From assembly GCF_009914755.1 (NCBI RefSeq), contig NC_060932.1: a DNA stretch of 64,000 nt. One strand, given 5' to 3'. This document shows, piece by piece, positions 1 through 13,902 of the stretch. The position numbers and the translations under genes were made by a program. Within the stretch, counting starts at the first letter, position 1; every line of letters begins with the position of its first letter. Source of the DNA: the human T2T-CHM13v2.0 reference genome, Homo sapiens. Below the pieces are notes generated by a model. That model was not told the origin of the DNA. It did no database searches and worked only from the letters and a program-made list of their open reading frames with translations.

Positions 1-100
1 TGTCTGGTAGTTCCAAAGAATTTGGTCTTAAAAATGTCCTGTCTCAATTCCATGTCTGGTAGTTCCAAAGAATTTGGTCTTAAAAGTGTCCTGTCTCAAT
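1..100. repeat. 52-bp tandem duplication (possibly extends left of the window)
   Basis: Positions 1-48 recur at 53-100 with one mismatch. Confidence 0.9.
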
Positions 101-1210
101 AGTGTGTTGTTCTTCCTTCCTTCTTTTTATGCCTCAAAACTTTTTTGAAAGCAGGATATCCTTTGTAAGACAGCTAAGACTGAGGTAAATAGTTTTTATG
201 CCTGGGAAATGGGCCCGCCTTTCCTTCTGCCAGATCTTTAGTGTGTGGAGGTTGAGTCAATCTATTGTCAGAACAGAAGCGTGGTTTGGAATTTGTTGCT
301 GCCATGGTTACCCACAATGTACCACCAGCTTCGAACTGTGTTAGGGTAGTGGCTGGTTTGCCAGAGGATGTTTTCCTCAGTGTCTGTTCGACCTTCAGCT
401 TTTTTGGTCTTCCTTTTACGCTGCATCTGAGCTGGTCTGCCTCCACGTTCTTGCGCCTTACACCGATCTCCAGTGTCACCTGTCAGTCCACAGCTGTTAG
501 CCTCGTATGGGTGGGAAGATTCTCTGACATTAGGATTAAGCCTTGGTCTTGGGCAAACACTGTCTTCCTTGGTGACTGGGGTGTGGCCTTCTCAGTGCTC
601 CTGCCCTTTCTCCTCCACTAAAGTTCTGGGCCTAGCACATATTCCTGTCCCTCGCCAAGGACGAAAGACTTTTTTTCTGTTCTCTTTCCACAGTGGTTTA
701 AGGCTCTTATCTCATAGGAGCAAAGAAGGGAAGAAGGACTCAGACAGGGCTTCGTGTCTTTCCAAAAGGATCTACTGTCCCTCTCCTCCAGGGGGAACAG
801 TAAGGGACACTTTCTCAGTACCCACACCCTTGCCTCAATCTTTTTTGTAAGCATCCAATGAAATCTGTGGAGAAGAGCCTGTGAGTGGATACAAACTCCC
901 CCTGTGTCTGCAGCCCCCCAGGCGATCTCTGTTTTCTTGCTGGTCCACACTAAGTTCATTAAATTTTAACTGAATTCTCCTGCGGGATGTTCACTTTGTC
1001 TGTCTCAGGTAAACAAGTGCTCAGGTCTTACCTTTCCAAGGGGGTGCCTGTCTCTCCTTACAGTTTGGGTTGGGAGGTTGTCCTGCAACCTCAGCTCACT
1101 GATGAATTCAAGAAGATATCAGCATGCAGACTTCTGGGGTTTGTTGTTGCTGTCAAGGTAGGAACGATGCTCTCTCTAGCTTTCTCCATTCTAAGTAGAA
1201 GCTAAAAGTC
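100..1210 (-). mobile_element. Probable ancient L1M 5' region
   Basis: T-rich, moderately GC-rich text resembling antisense L1M 5' sequence; identification by eye only. Confidence 0.4.
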
Positions 1211-2044
1211 CCCAACTATCTGCTTTTCAGCCAAACTTTAAAGGCTGTTTAATGAATGTGGCTAGCTTTGCTCACTATAGGCATATATGAAAGAAAATAA
1301 TTTCAGGTCAAACTTCCAACTCAGCAACAAAAATATCTCTGTAATCCCAATAAAGCATGCAAAATTACTGTTTTAAAATGTAGGCAATAGCCAGAATTTT
1401 ACATGTCAAACTTATTATTATAGCTGTTAAAGAAACTATATCCTACCAAAGAATAGTTCTGGTATTTTGATCATCAATTTGTTAAGTTCTAATTTATCAA
1501 CATGTGAAAACTGTATCCATTTCTTTAGAATATGTATTACATATCTGTCCAACAAGTCAACTGTGTACTTCTCTTTGTATAACAATAAAGGCAAAATGGG
1601 AAAGAAGTACATAGGAAAAACATACCTTTTACTCACTGGTTAATTTCATTCAATACACTTTCTACCACTGCAAAATTTCAGTTCCTTGAAAACAGAAATT
1701 TCTTTGCCTTTCTACCTGATATGCAAAGAAGCTTACATACTGCGGACCTCTTATGACACAATCGCAGAGGTAATATTACCTACTTAAATAGTGGCAGCAA
1801 TGGTCTGGAAAGCTGATCTGTATATTACTGTATAGAAAGAACACACAACACTATAAATTTTCATGGCACAATAGAACTGAAAGTACACTTTAAAATTTTT
1901 AATTTAACTAGTTCCTTTTGTTTAAAGTCACTTGAGCTATTTTCAGAGAAAAACCCTGAATAAAAACTCTTCAATTTTTTTCAATAAAACATTTATACTT
2001 AATCCCTGCCTTTCCTTAGCTCAATGCTGTTGCAATATTTAAAC

Positions 2045-2120
2045 ATGACATCTACTATGTAAATGTAAATATATGACATCTACTATGTAAATCATTTAAA
2101 TATGACATCTACGTAAATGT
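2045..2120. repeat. About 28-bp tandem repeat, 3 copies
   Basis: ATGACATCTACTATGTAAAT core at 2045, 2073 and 2102. Confidence 0.85.
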
Positions 2121-2318
2121 ATTACAGCTGCATAAATACTTAAGATGAATACTGGAACACGGGTATTTTAGAGGTACAATCTCACAGAATCTCAAATTTA
2201 ATTACTTTTTAAAACATGTGGGGACAAAATGTTCAGTTGACAAAGAGAAATAACCTGGTTTTCTTTAATTTTATAAAATGCGTGAAAGAAAATGAATTTT
2301 TAAAACAAGACAATCTTT

Positions 2319-2460
2319 GGCTGGGCATGGTGGCTCACACCAGTAATCCCTGCACTTTGGGAAGCCAAGGCAGGAGGATCGTTTGGCCCAGGAGTTCAAG
2401 ACCAGTCTGGGCAACAAAGCGAGACCCTGTCTCTATTTATAAAAATTAATAAAATAAAAA
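2319..2460 (+). mobile_element. FLAM/Alu monomer
   Basis: Single Alu arm, A tail, TSD AAAACAAGA.A.TCTTT. Confidence 0.85.
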
Positions 2461-2736
2461 ACAAGATACTCTTTATGTTCTATGAGGTTGGCAAAGTCAA
2501 CTAAAAACACCCAATCAGTATTTATGAGGACATGAAGAAATAAGATTCCTTCTCATTTATTACTGTGGAGGTATAAATTGGCCCAATTTTACAACAGACA
2601 TTTGGTAAGGCATTAGTATTTTCAAAAATATGTCTATCTTTTGATCCAGCAATTCAACCTCAAGAAAATGTACACACAGCACTATCTGTAACAGCATAGA
2701 GCAAAAAAATAAAACCAAAAAAATAAATAAATAACT

Positions 2737-3128
<392 letters not shown>

Positions 3129-3145
3129 TTAAAAAATAACGATCA

Positions 3146-3445
<300 letters not shown>

Positions 3446-3809
3446 TGATCTAAAACAGTATGAGAGCCCCAGAGCACAGACTCAAAAGTGGTAGCTACTA
3501 TAAGAATCCTGAATTCTTAAGATAAAGGTGAAACTGTTTAAGCTTCCAGTAAGTAAAAAAGTTGCCAGCAATGAGGAAAAAGATTGTCCATTAGAATTCT
3601 CATCAGAAACACCAAAAACCATAACGTAACTGCAAAAAATCAGCACAAATGTGGCCTGAGACTGCTAAATTGGCTTTCTTTGCTATCTGTTTAACCAAAC
3701 ACAAAACTATAAAACCAGTGAGTCAGTGACAGATGGATAAATAAATAACCAGGTTAAGTAGGATTAAAATGACTAGCACCATGGGTACTATTTTATTTTT
3801 CCGATACTA

Positions 3810-4005
3810 ATAATAGTTAACATTACCATGTTCTTACTTTCCACCAGATTCTGTTCCAAGTTCCAAGCACTTTTATTTATATTCACTCATTTAATCCTCA
3901 AAGACAATGAGGTAACAATACTATTATTTCTATTTTACAGATGAGGAATCTCAGAGAGAGGTTAAGTGTCTTGCCTAGGCTAGTAAGGGACTGAGCTAAG
4001 ATAAA
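3810..4005 (-). mobile_element. MIR SINE
   Basis: Core TCATTTAATCCTCA...ATTTTACAGATGAGGAA...AGAGGTTAAG. Confidence 0.75.
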
Positions 4006-4359
4006 ACCTACATGGAATGAATAAATCTTTTTTTAGAGTAAAAAATAATAATAAAAAATAAATTAAAAAAAGATAAAACCTACAATCTAACTCCTCAGCA
4101 CCAGCCTCTTCCCCATCACATTTATACTACCTTTAAATGAATAAGCTTCTGACTTAAGGAAAGAAATGCCTTTGAAAAATAAGTTGCCTGCCTAGGTCCA
4201 ACTACTCTGTGTTCACTTCTACACTGGATTAAAAAATTACTACACCATCAACTCTCTCCTTGAGCTAATTCTCATTTTAGGACAAGTGCTTCTATTACAG
4301 ACAGAACCCTCTGTGTGCCTGAAGTGTGCGCACTCAGAGTTCCTCTCTATGGCTAAGGT

Positions 4360-4372
4360 TGCCACCTAGTGG
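4360..4372 (-). promoter_or_regulatory. Candidate CTCF site
   Basis: TGCCACCTAGTGG (reverse complement CCACTAGGTGGCA) closely matches the CTCF core. Confidence 0.55.
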
Positions 4373-4827
4373 AACGAAACGAAAATCTTCACACAAAGCA
4401 TAAAGCATTCTGAGGCTAGAGATGAATGTTAAAACGTGTCCGTTTTCAATGGGTCTTCCCTGGAAACACACATTCCTTATATCATTAACAAAAACTTGTT
4501 TTGTTTTGTTTTTGTTACTGATTTACGTAATACTGGCACTTTCAACTAAAAGACTGGTGGTACCTTACCCGAGGTTCCTGTAAATGGCTGTTCCCTCTGG
4601 TGTCTCTACAGCACCGTGTGAACACCAAAATGACAAAATGCAAACAGCTGAACTATGCTTCCTATGCCATTCTACCCGCTCAGCCTGGAAGGTCAAGGAC
4701 AGCAACCTCATTCACTGTGATCTTCTTCCACCACCAAGTGTGCGGAATGACAGGAGCCAGGAAAAGGAATCTGAAAACAGTGGGTCTCAATCTTCCTCTA
4801 TTCTATCAACATAAACTGGACCTTTAA

Positions 4828-5042
4828 CCAAGTTCCCAACAAGGGGAATTTGTTCTCCAGGTGACATTTGATAATGTCTAAAGAAAGTTTTGGTTGTCAC
4901 ACTGCAGGGAAGCTAAGCTACTGGTATCTAAACAAGCCAAGGATGCTGATCAATGCCCTACAAGGCTCAGGACACTCCCCACACCAAAAAAAAACTACTC
5001 AACCAACCCCAAATGTTAACACTGCCAAGGTCGAAAGCCCTG
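4828..5042. mobile_element. MER20 hAT element
   Basis: GACATTTGATAATGTCT...TTTTGGTTGTCACA...GCCAAGGATGCTG...CCAAGGTCGAAAGCCCTG. Confidence 0.7.
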
Positions 5043-5463
5043 CTTAACCCCCACCATCCTTCTTAAGAGGGACACAGATCAGTGAAAAATACCAGTTTAT
5101 AACAATAAGCTGAGCCTACAAACCCAATTCTATTTAACATATATAAACAAAGTATTTTTGGCACTTTTAATAAACTTTTCTAGGAATATACAATGTATAC
5201 TGTACACAGAATATAGCATTATTAACCTTGATAAATCACAGAAGAAATGTACTTTGTATTTTCAGAACTTTACCAAGAATCCTTTACCACTTAAGGAAGA
5301 GACCAGTTATGACATCTAAGTTGCCAATACATCGTAACTATATTGGCCCATTGGTGGCTATCATCTTCATGGTGACTCTACAATAGAAAGATATACAACT
5401 GTTTCAATTCCATTCCATTTACATTCTAGGGTAACTGCCTGAGCACTTATACATTTTTTAATC

Positions 5464-5759
5464 TTTTTTTTTTTTTTGAGACAGAGCCTTGCTCTGTTGT
5501 CCAGGTTGGAGTGCAGTGGCACAATCTAGGCTCACTACAACCTCCACCTCCCAGGTTCATGCGATTCTTGTGTTTCAGCCTCCCAGGTAGCTGGGATTAC
5601 AGACACGCACCAGCATGTCCGGCTAATTTTTGTACTTTTAGGAGAAATGGGATTTCACCATGTTGACCAGGCTGGTCTTGAAATCCTGACCTCAAGTGAT
5701 CGCCTAAGGCAGGCCTCCCAAAGTGCTGGGATTACAGTCATGGGTCACAGCACCTGGCT
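5464..5759 (-). mobile_element. Alu
   Basis: Poly-T followed by antisense Alu. Confidence 0.92.
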
Positions 5760-5948
5760 GAAGTAAATTTTTAAACCATAAAAAATATATTTTAAAGAAT
5801 AAAAATATATTTTCATTCTTTACATTACACTTAGGGTATTACACTGACTTTTTAAGAAAGTATGTGTATCAGTAGGTTATATTATCTATGAACTTAATTT
5901 CACAAAAGCAAAGATGATGTTACAAATCATTTGTTATAAGAGTGTTCA

Positions 5949-6249
<301 letters not shown>

Positions 6250-6779
6250 CTAGGAAAAAAACTAAAGTCCTTCCCACAATCTTTGTCTTTGCTATTCCCT
6301 CTGCCTGGATACTCGCCTTACAGTCCCACACGTGGACACTATTCTGACCCTTGGCAAGGCTAGCTCCACCCCATTTTTCCTGTTTTGGCTTATTTCACCT
6401 TTTTTCAAAGGTTGTATCTGAACTTCACCACCCACACCTTACCATAGAGCTCATTTATTTTCTTCCTAGCATTTCATACAATCCGCAGTATTTTCAAATT
6501 TTGTATATTGTCCTCCACTTCAGAATGGAAGCTCCATAAAGACAGGGACTGGTCTATCTTACCTCTATATTTAGCAAAATGACTAGGGCACTTAGGAGGA
6601 GACCATTAAATATTTCTTGAATAAACAGGCTTACGAATAAACATTAATAAACTGTAACAAAAATCCCAGAAATTGTCAACAAGGGAATAAAAAGACAACA
6701 GAGGATAAGAGAATGAAAATAAATTATACCATTTCCAAGTAAATGATGGGGAGATTACAACATATAATAAAGACGGTAA

Positions 6780-7840
6780 ATGTAAAATGACAGTCAGAAC
6801 TGATTCAAAAGTTAAAGCCAGCCATATGCCATCTAGAAAGGAAATACTTAAAACAACAACAAAAAAATACAGACAGAAAGTAAAAGATGGGAAAAAATAT
6901 ATAAAATTTTTAAAAAGCCAGAGGTTATGACAGTCAGATGGGAATAAAGCCAGACATCAAGGAAAAGAACATTAAATACAACAAAGGGGGACACATTATA
7001 ATGATTTTGAACACAATTCTTAAAATAAACTACGACTGCCAAGAACGTTTATAAACTAAAAACTCTGCATGAAAATATAAAAAGCAGTAACTACAGGAAA
7101 AATAAACAAAAACATAAAAGTTGTGAGAGATTCTGATGTTTGCTCAGTCACTGCTTAGATCAAGTAGTCAAAAAATAAATATGTATGTAGATGATGATCT
7201 GATAAGAATATTTTCTGTTAAAATGAAAACACAACAAACAACAGAGATAAAATAAGTAGTTCACAAAGAAATAAGGAAAGAACAAATACAAAAGTGCACC
7301 ATAGAGAAAATAACAGTGAGAAAATTAAGTCCGAGGGCCACGCTCTGAAAAACCGCACACTATTAAATTTGAAATTTTAAAAAGAATGGTTTTGTAGAAA
7401 AACACAGAATTATCAAAATTGACTTGCAAGATAGAAAACTTAAGGACATAAGCAAATAAAACATTAAGAATGTTGCCAAGAAAGCAATTAGCCAGATACA
7501 TTCATGGGTATATGCCTTCACATTTTTAAAGAATCTACTATTCTCATAAGGAATGAGGGGGGGAGAGGAAGAAAAACTACTTTTCTTTTTATGAACCCAG
7601 CATAATAACCATAACCAAAATCTGACAAAGCACACAAAAAAGAAAAGTGACCATACTGAAACAATTGTCCTAAATACATTAATATTAAAAATTTAGAAAT
7701 ACATGAAGCCAAAGAAAGGTTATCTAGGAGTGTAAGGGTGGTTAAATATTAAGAAACCTAGCAGTACATTTCACCATATATTAAATAAGTTAGCAACAAC
7801 AAAGATCTGAAAAGATGCAAAAATATTTTCTCAATTTACT
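6780..7840 (+). mobile_element. Highly diverged L1M fragment
   Basis: A-rich strand with L1 ORF2-like remnants (endonuclease-to-RT region). Confidence 0.5.
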
Positions 7841-9111
7841 TCTGCATTATCTTCCTGATTTCTATGACTACTTCATTAAAATAAAAAATACATAGCCAAT
7901 GTGTAAGATATGTAAAGACATTTGCTTCAGCATTGTTAACTATTTTAAAACTCATTAATCAGGTACACACAGTGGAATACTAACCAGCCATACATCGTTA
8001 TGGAATATTTGTAATGCTGAGAAAGCAAACTAAAAGAATAAACATCAAATTATTTACAGAACTTGTTCCTGATTACGTAAGATTTAACTACCAAGCATAT
8101 GTTATCACAAGACACGGAACACATATCCATGATGCATGTTTAATTTCTGCATCACATATGCTAGAGTTTAATATTACTATTTTACTCTATGTATTTCTAG
8201 ATTGTTAATGTTTTCTAGGGGGGAAAGTGAAAATTCTCATTTTACCCCTATAAGCTATGCAATAAGGAAATAGAAAAGAGTTTAGGCCAACAAAGGCCAT
8301 ATAAAATGACAAATGAAAACGGGTAATATTAAGGAAGTATAGATAAAAGATACACAAACAGGAAAAAGCAAAGTTAAAACAATAGTATCCACAGAAAGAG
8401 CACACAAGGGCCAGAAAGTGACAGCTTAGCGTGCAGATTACAAGAACATCTGGGCTTCCCACTGCTAAACACACAGTGTACTCCTAAAATAACCCCAAAG
8501 AAATGCTATTAAGAAATTCTAGAGCTTCATGTACACTCTTACAGAGCTACTGCAATCTCTTTCCTATCAACCACCCGCCTCAAGTTAAACATCTGCTTAC
8601 ACAACAGACATGCTACACTATGCTGCCATCTGCAGAGCAGACTTAACACTAAAATTCCCACTGAGAACATTTAAATATGTTTGTTGAAGGCATCAAAGTA
8701 AATGACGGAGAAACTAAAACTTAACTAGAGATACAACTATATTGGGAGGAGAGAGATAGGTATAGGAAAGAGAAATGACAGTAAGTCACACAATGTTTAA
8801 AGTTGAAAAAAAATCAAGAAACAATAGCATAAGCATATTATTAGCAATTGGGAAAAAACTGAAGAATCCAAAATAAAACTAGTTAAGCAGCTGCCACAAA
8901 AGAAAGGGACTGCAGCTAGAGAAGGGAAAGGCACATCTGCCTTTTAGTATAGGCTCTTACTCTCTATCTGAACTTGTAATACTTGTGATAGGTTTTTTTA
9001 AGTACTGCAAATATTTTTCAAAATGATTGTTATTATACCTAAGAATAAAGGAATCGGTTATTTCTTAGATTTTTTTTTTTTGAGCTCAGAAATATCTTAA
9101 ATGGTTTTTAA

Positions 9112-9403
9112 CTTTCTTTTTTAAAGGCAGAGTCTCACTCTGTCACCCAGGCTGGAGTGCGGTGGCACAATCAGCTCACCGTAACCTCTAACTCCTGAGT
9201 TCAAGCTATACTCTTGTCTCAGCCTTGTGAGTAGCTGAGACCACAGGCATGCGCCACCAAGCCTGGCTAATTTTTCAGTTTTTAATAGAGATAGGGTCTC
9301 ACTTTTTTGCCCAGGCTGGTCTTGAACTCCTAGCCTGAAGCGATCCTCCCACCTTGGCCTCTGAAAGTGCTAGGATTAGAGGCATGAGCCACCATGCCCA
9401 GCC
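9112..9403 (-). mobile_element. Alu (AluJ-like)
   Basis: Antisense Alu dimer. Confidence 0.9.
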
Positions 9404-10499
9404 TTAAATGTTTTCAAAAGCAAGAAATATAAAAATTAGCATAAAGGCAACATTGCAAGTAACGAAGACTGAAAGCAATATAAAAATCGCCAGGCAGTAC
9501 TGAAGTCTTTGTTCAACAGGCACCTATCACTACAATGGATAGCATAAGTTCACTACATACTTGCTTTGTTATATAAAAGCTTATTAGAAACAACAACATC
9601 AAAGAACTGGAATATTCTGCACATTTTTATTTAATTAACATTTATTGTGAACCAATTACATGTAAGGTACTCAATTGGGATTTTCACAAAAATACAATTT
9701 CCTAAAACAAGTTCAGGGAAACTAAAGCCCTATCTACCAGAACCACAAGCCTGGATATCTATAGACAGATAACAAAAGGAAAACTTAAGGTTACTGCACA
9801 AATCACAAAATCAATTAAATTGATGTCCAATTATTTTCCTGCCATTTTATAAAACTTCAAAAGTAATACAAATTTACAGTAAAATACCACCAACACTTGC
9901 TAAAATGGCAATTGGTAAACTTGAATAATACATTTTTCATCACTAAACCCTTGTTTAATGACAAATTATTGACAAAAATTTAAAACTAAAGTCCAAACAT
10001 ACGTATCATATACTTAGTAAGAGATTCAATATACAGCTTAGCATCCAACTCCACAATTTCCAGAAAGAAAAACATCATCTCCTTCCTTATTCAATTTGAT
10101 AACTGAAAGATTCATAAGATAAGAGAACACTATTCACCAATAAAAGTTTATTCTTTTTCCCATCCTGTATCAAGCTTTTGTATCAGGATATGAACTTACA
10201 TTTGTAAAAGTCTAAAGATAAAGAAATAAACCCGTTTGGTTCAGTTGAGCTATAAACATTAAGAAATCCTGAACTGCGATTGTAAGTATAATTAACCTAA
10301 AATCTTTCAAATCACATATTTCAAATTGCATTCTAAGCAACAATATGTTAGACACAGGGGCCACTGGCTGTGTTCTAAGAAATGATAATGCTAAAAAAGC
10401 AATATAAGATTTAAATTATAATTGTATTATAAATATTAATTTTACCACCCTAAAATTGTAATATACTTGCAAACTAAAGTATAATACAGAAAAGCTCAC

Positions 10500-10593
10500 C
10501 TTCATCCACAGAAAACTGACAGCTCTTATCATTGAAGAAAAGTATTTTCTTCTTATCGGGACGATTTACAAATAGTATCTGGTCCCCCAAAGC
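10500..10593 (-). CDS. GTF2E2: TFIIE beta, exon 6, aa 184-214
   Basis: TTTAAG|GCT...GAAG|GTGAGC; 94 nt; [31 protein letters not shown]. Confidence 0.97.
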
Positions 10594-10754
10594 CTTAAAG
10601 ATAGATAAAATAAAGATTTTTCAGTTAACTCCAAATTACCTCACCAAAAAAAAAAAAAATTTAAACAATAAAGGAGTTTCATTTCCTTAACACACTCAGT
10701 ATACCACCATAGGGTCCACCACCATAGGTCCACTGGACCCAATTTTAGTTTTAG

Positions 10755-11023
10755 TTTTGTTTTTAAGAGACTCCACCCAGACTGGAGTGCAGCTCACTGC
10801 AGCCTCAACCTCCCAGGCTCAAGCAATCCTCCCACCTCAGCCTCTGGAGTAACTGGGACCACTGGTGCATTGCCACCACGTCTAGCTAATGTTTTCAATT
10901 TTTTGTAGACAAAGGGTCTCACTATGTTGCCAGGGCTGGTCTTGAACTCCTGGGCTCAAGCGATCTTCCCACCTCAGCATCAGAAAGTACAGGGACTATA
11001 GGTGTGAGCCACTGCACTCAGCC
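10755..11023 (-). mobile_element. Alu (AluJ-like)
   Basis: Antisense Alu; TSD CCAATTTTAGTTTT. Confidence 0.88.
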
Positions 11024-12127
11024 CCAATTTTAGTTTTTGAGTTTCTTTCTTGAGTAGTTCAATTTTTTAAAAATTGATATTTCCAGACTTGTATTCTTAG
11101 AGGTCTTCCAAAGAACAAAAATAAAACGTGTTTCACTTAAAACGGAAAATTCAATCTTTGCTGCAATTACTATTTGGGTCCATGGGGCTCTTTCACTAAT
11201 CTAAGACACATAATAGAATCTTGGTGTTCTTACTTTTCCTCTACCTTGAGATATTTCGCTCCTTACTCATCATTACCCATCAATTATTTCCAATTGTGCT
11301 TTTAAAACGCTAAAATAATAAGAAAATAGAAGAATGATTAAATCACCTAGAAATGTGATGCAATAGTGAAATACATGGGCATCCTTCAGTTTTCTTACTG
11401 CATTGCCCAAAGGATTACATTACTCCTTTTCAAGAGATATAAAAGATTGGAAGAGTCTTCTTGTTGTCTTTTAACTTTCATTGAGTACACCTGACAAAAA
11501 AAATTTTGTATTTTCTACCCTTGAGAGCAAAGACAAGAAAACTGACCAAAGACATTTCACAATTATTAGATGAATCAAAATATGAATGCAAAAAGCCAAA
11601 TAGCAGCACTCTAGACTATCTGGCAAAAATTCATCATAGGAATAAAGTCTCAAGCTATGGAGTCTTTAGATGACAATAACTCAAGTGAAGATTCTCAAGC
11701 TTAAGAATCAACAAGCGAACAAAATGCTTCTCAATACAAAATGGAAACAATATTCTCATCCCGTTATTCACCAGAAGATTATCACACAGTATTTTGTGAA
11801 AAGAATCTTTATCATCTCACTTTGCTAAAAGGATATATGACAGTATTCTTCTTTTTGATGTGTTTTCCAAAAATTACTTGATACAGAAGTTTGCTGTGTT
11901 AAATTCTTACTAAAATCTCTAATAAAGCTGTTTTCATCATCCCATTATTCTTACTTATGTAAATTATTCATAAAATGACTTAAAGTAGCTTAAAAATAAT
12001 AGTCCACTAGATCAAGGTGGTAAAAGGTGATAACTACAGGATGAGCAACCCAAATCCCAAAATCTCGAATCCAAAATCCAAAACTTTTTAAGTGCTGACA
12101 TGACATGCCAAAGAAATACTTACTGGG

Positions 12128-12767
<640 letters not shown>

Positions 12768-13120
12768 TCAGATTTTCAACTCTGGAATGTTTAACTGGTA
12801 TAATGAAAATATCCCAAAATTTGAAAAAAATCCCAAAATCTGAAACAGTTCTGGTCCCAAGCATTACAGATAAGGGACAGTCAAATTGTACATACATAAA
12901 ATAAATGAAAGAACCTGAAGGCATTGCTAAAAAAAATTAAAGACATGAATAAATGAATTCTGTGCTCATGTATTAAAAAACTTAATACAGTTACGATGGC
13001 AATACTACCCAAAGTTACCTATTCAAGGTAATCCCTATCAAAATCCCAATGGCATTTTTTGCAGAAATGGAAAAATCCATCCAAAAATTTATATCAAATC
13101 TCAAGGGACCTCAAAAAGCC

Positions 13121-13519
13121 TGAAATGGTTTAGATCTGTGTCCCCATCAAATCTCATGTCAAACTGTAATCCCCAATGTTGGAGGTGGGGCCTGGTGGGC
13201 GGTGACTGGTATGAAGGTGGATTTCCCTCTTGGTGCTGTTCTCCTGATAATGAGTTCTCATGAGATCTGGTCATTTAAAAGTGTGTGGCACCTTCCCCAC
13301 TCTCTCTTGCTCCTGCTCCGGCCATGTAAGATGAGCCTGTTTCCCCTTCACCTTCTGCCATGATTATAAGTTTCCTGAGACCTCCCCATAAGCTGAGTAG
13401 ACACCAGCATCATGCTTCCTGGAGAGCCTGCAGAACTGTGAGCCAAATCAATCTCTTTTCTTTATAAATTATCCAGTCTCAAGCATTCCTTTATAGCATT
13501 GCAAGAATAGACTAATACA
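13121..13519 (+). mobile_element. MST (MaLR) solo LTR, MSTA/MSTB-like
   Basis: TGAAATGGTTTAGATCTGTGTCCCC...GACTAATACA termini; 5-bp TSD AAGCC/TAGCC inside an L1. Confidence 0.85.
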
Positions 13520-13603
13520 TAGCCAAAACAATCTTGAAAAAGAACAAAATTGGTGATCTCACTCTTACTGATTTCAAAATATATTACAGAGCTACATTAA
13601 TCA

Positions 13604-13902
13604 GGCCAGGTGCAGTGGCTCACACCTGGAATGCCACCACTTTGGGAAGCCGAGGGTGGGCAGATCACTTGAGGTCAGGAGTTCGAGACCAGACTGGCCA
13701 ACATGGTAAAACCACATCTCTACCAAAAATAAAAAAATTAGTTGGGTGTGGTGGTGTGTGCCTATAATCCCAGCTAATCAGGAGGCTGAGGCAGGACTAC
13801 TGCTTGAACCTGGGAGGCAGAGGTTGCAGTGACCCAAGATTGCATCACTGCACTCCAGCATGGGTGACAGTGTGACTCTGTCTCAAAAAAAAAAAAAAAA
13901 AA
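13604..13902 (+). mobile_element. Alu
   Basis: Full dimer; TSD GCTACATTAATCA. Confidence 0.92.

Noticed and set aside
174-1205. Cluster of 70-125 aa ORFs on both strands
   Set aside because: Mutually overlapping, mostly non-ATG starts, no known protein similarity; the region looks like old repeat sequence
10701-10737. GAPDH-like string (GGTCCACCACC) as a pseudogene fragment
   Set aside because: Only about 11 nt match; it is explained by a local duplication of CCACCATAGG(G)TCCAC
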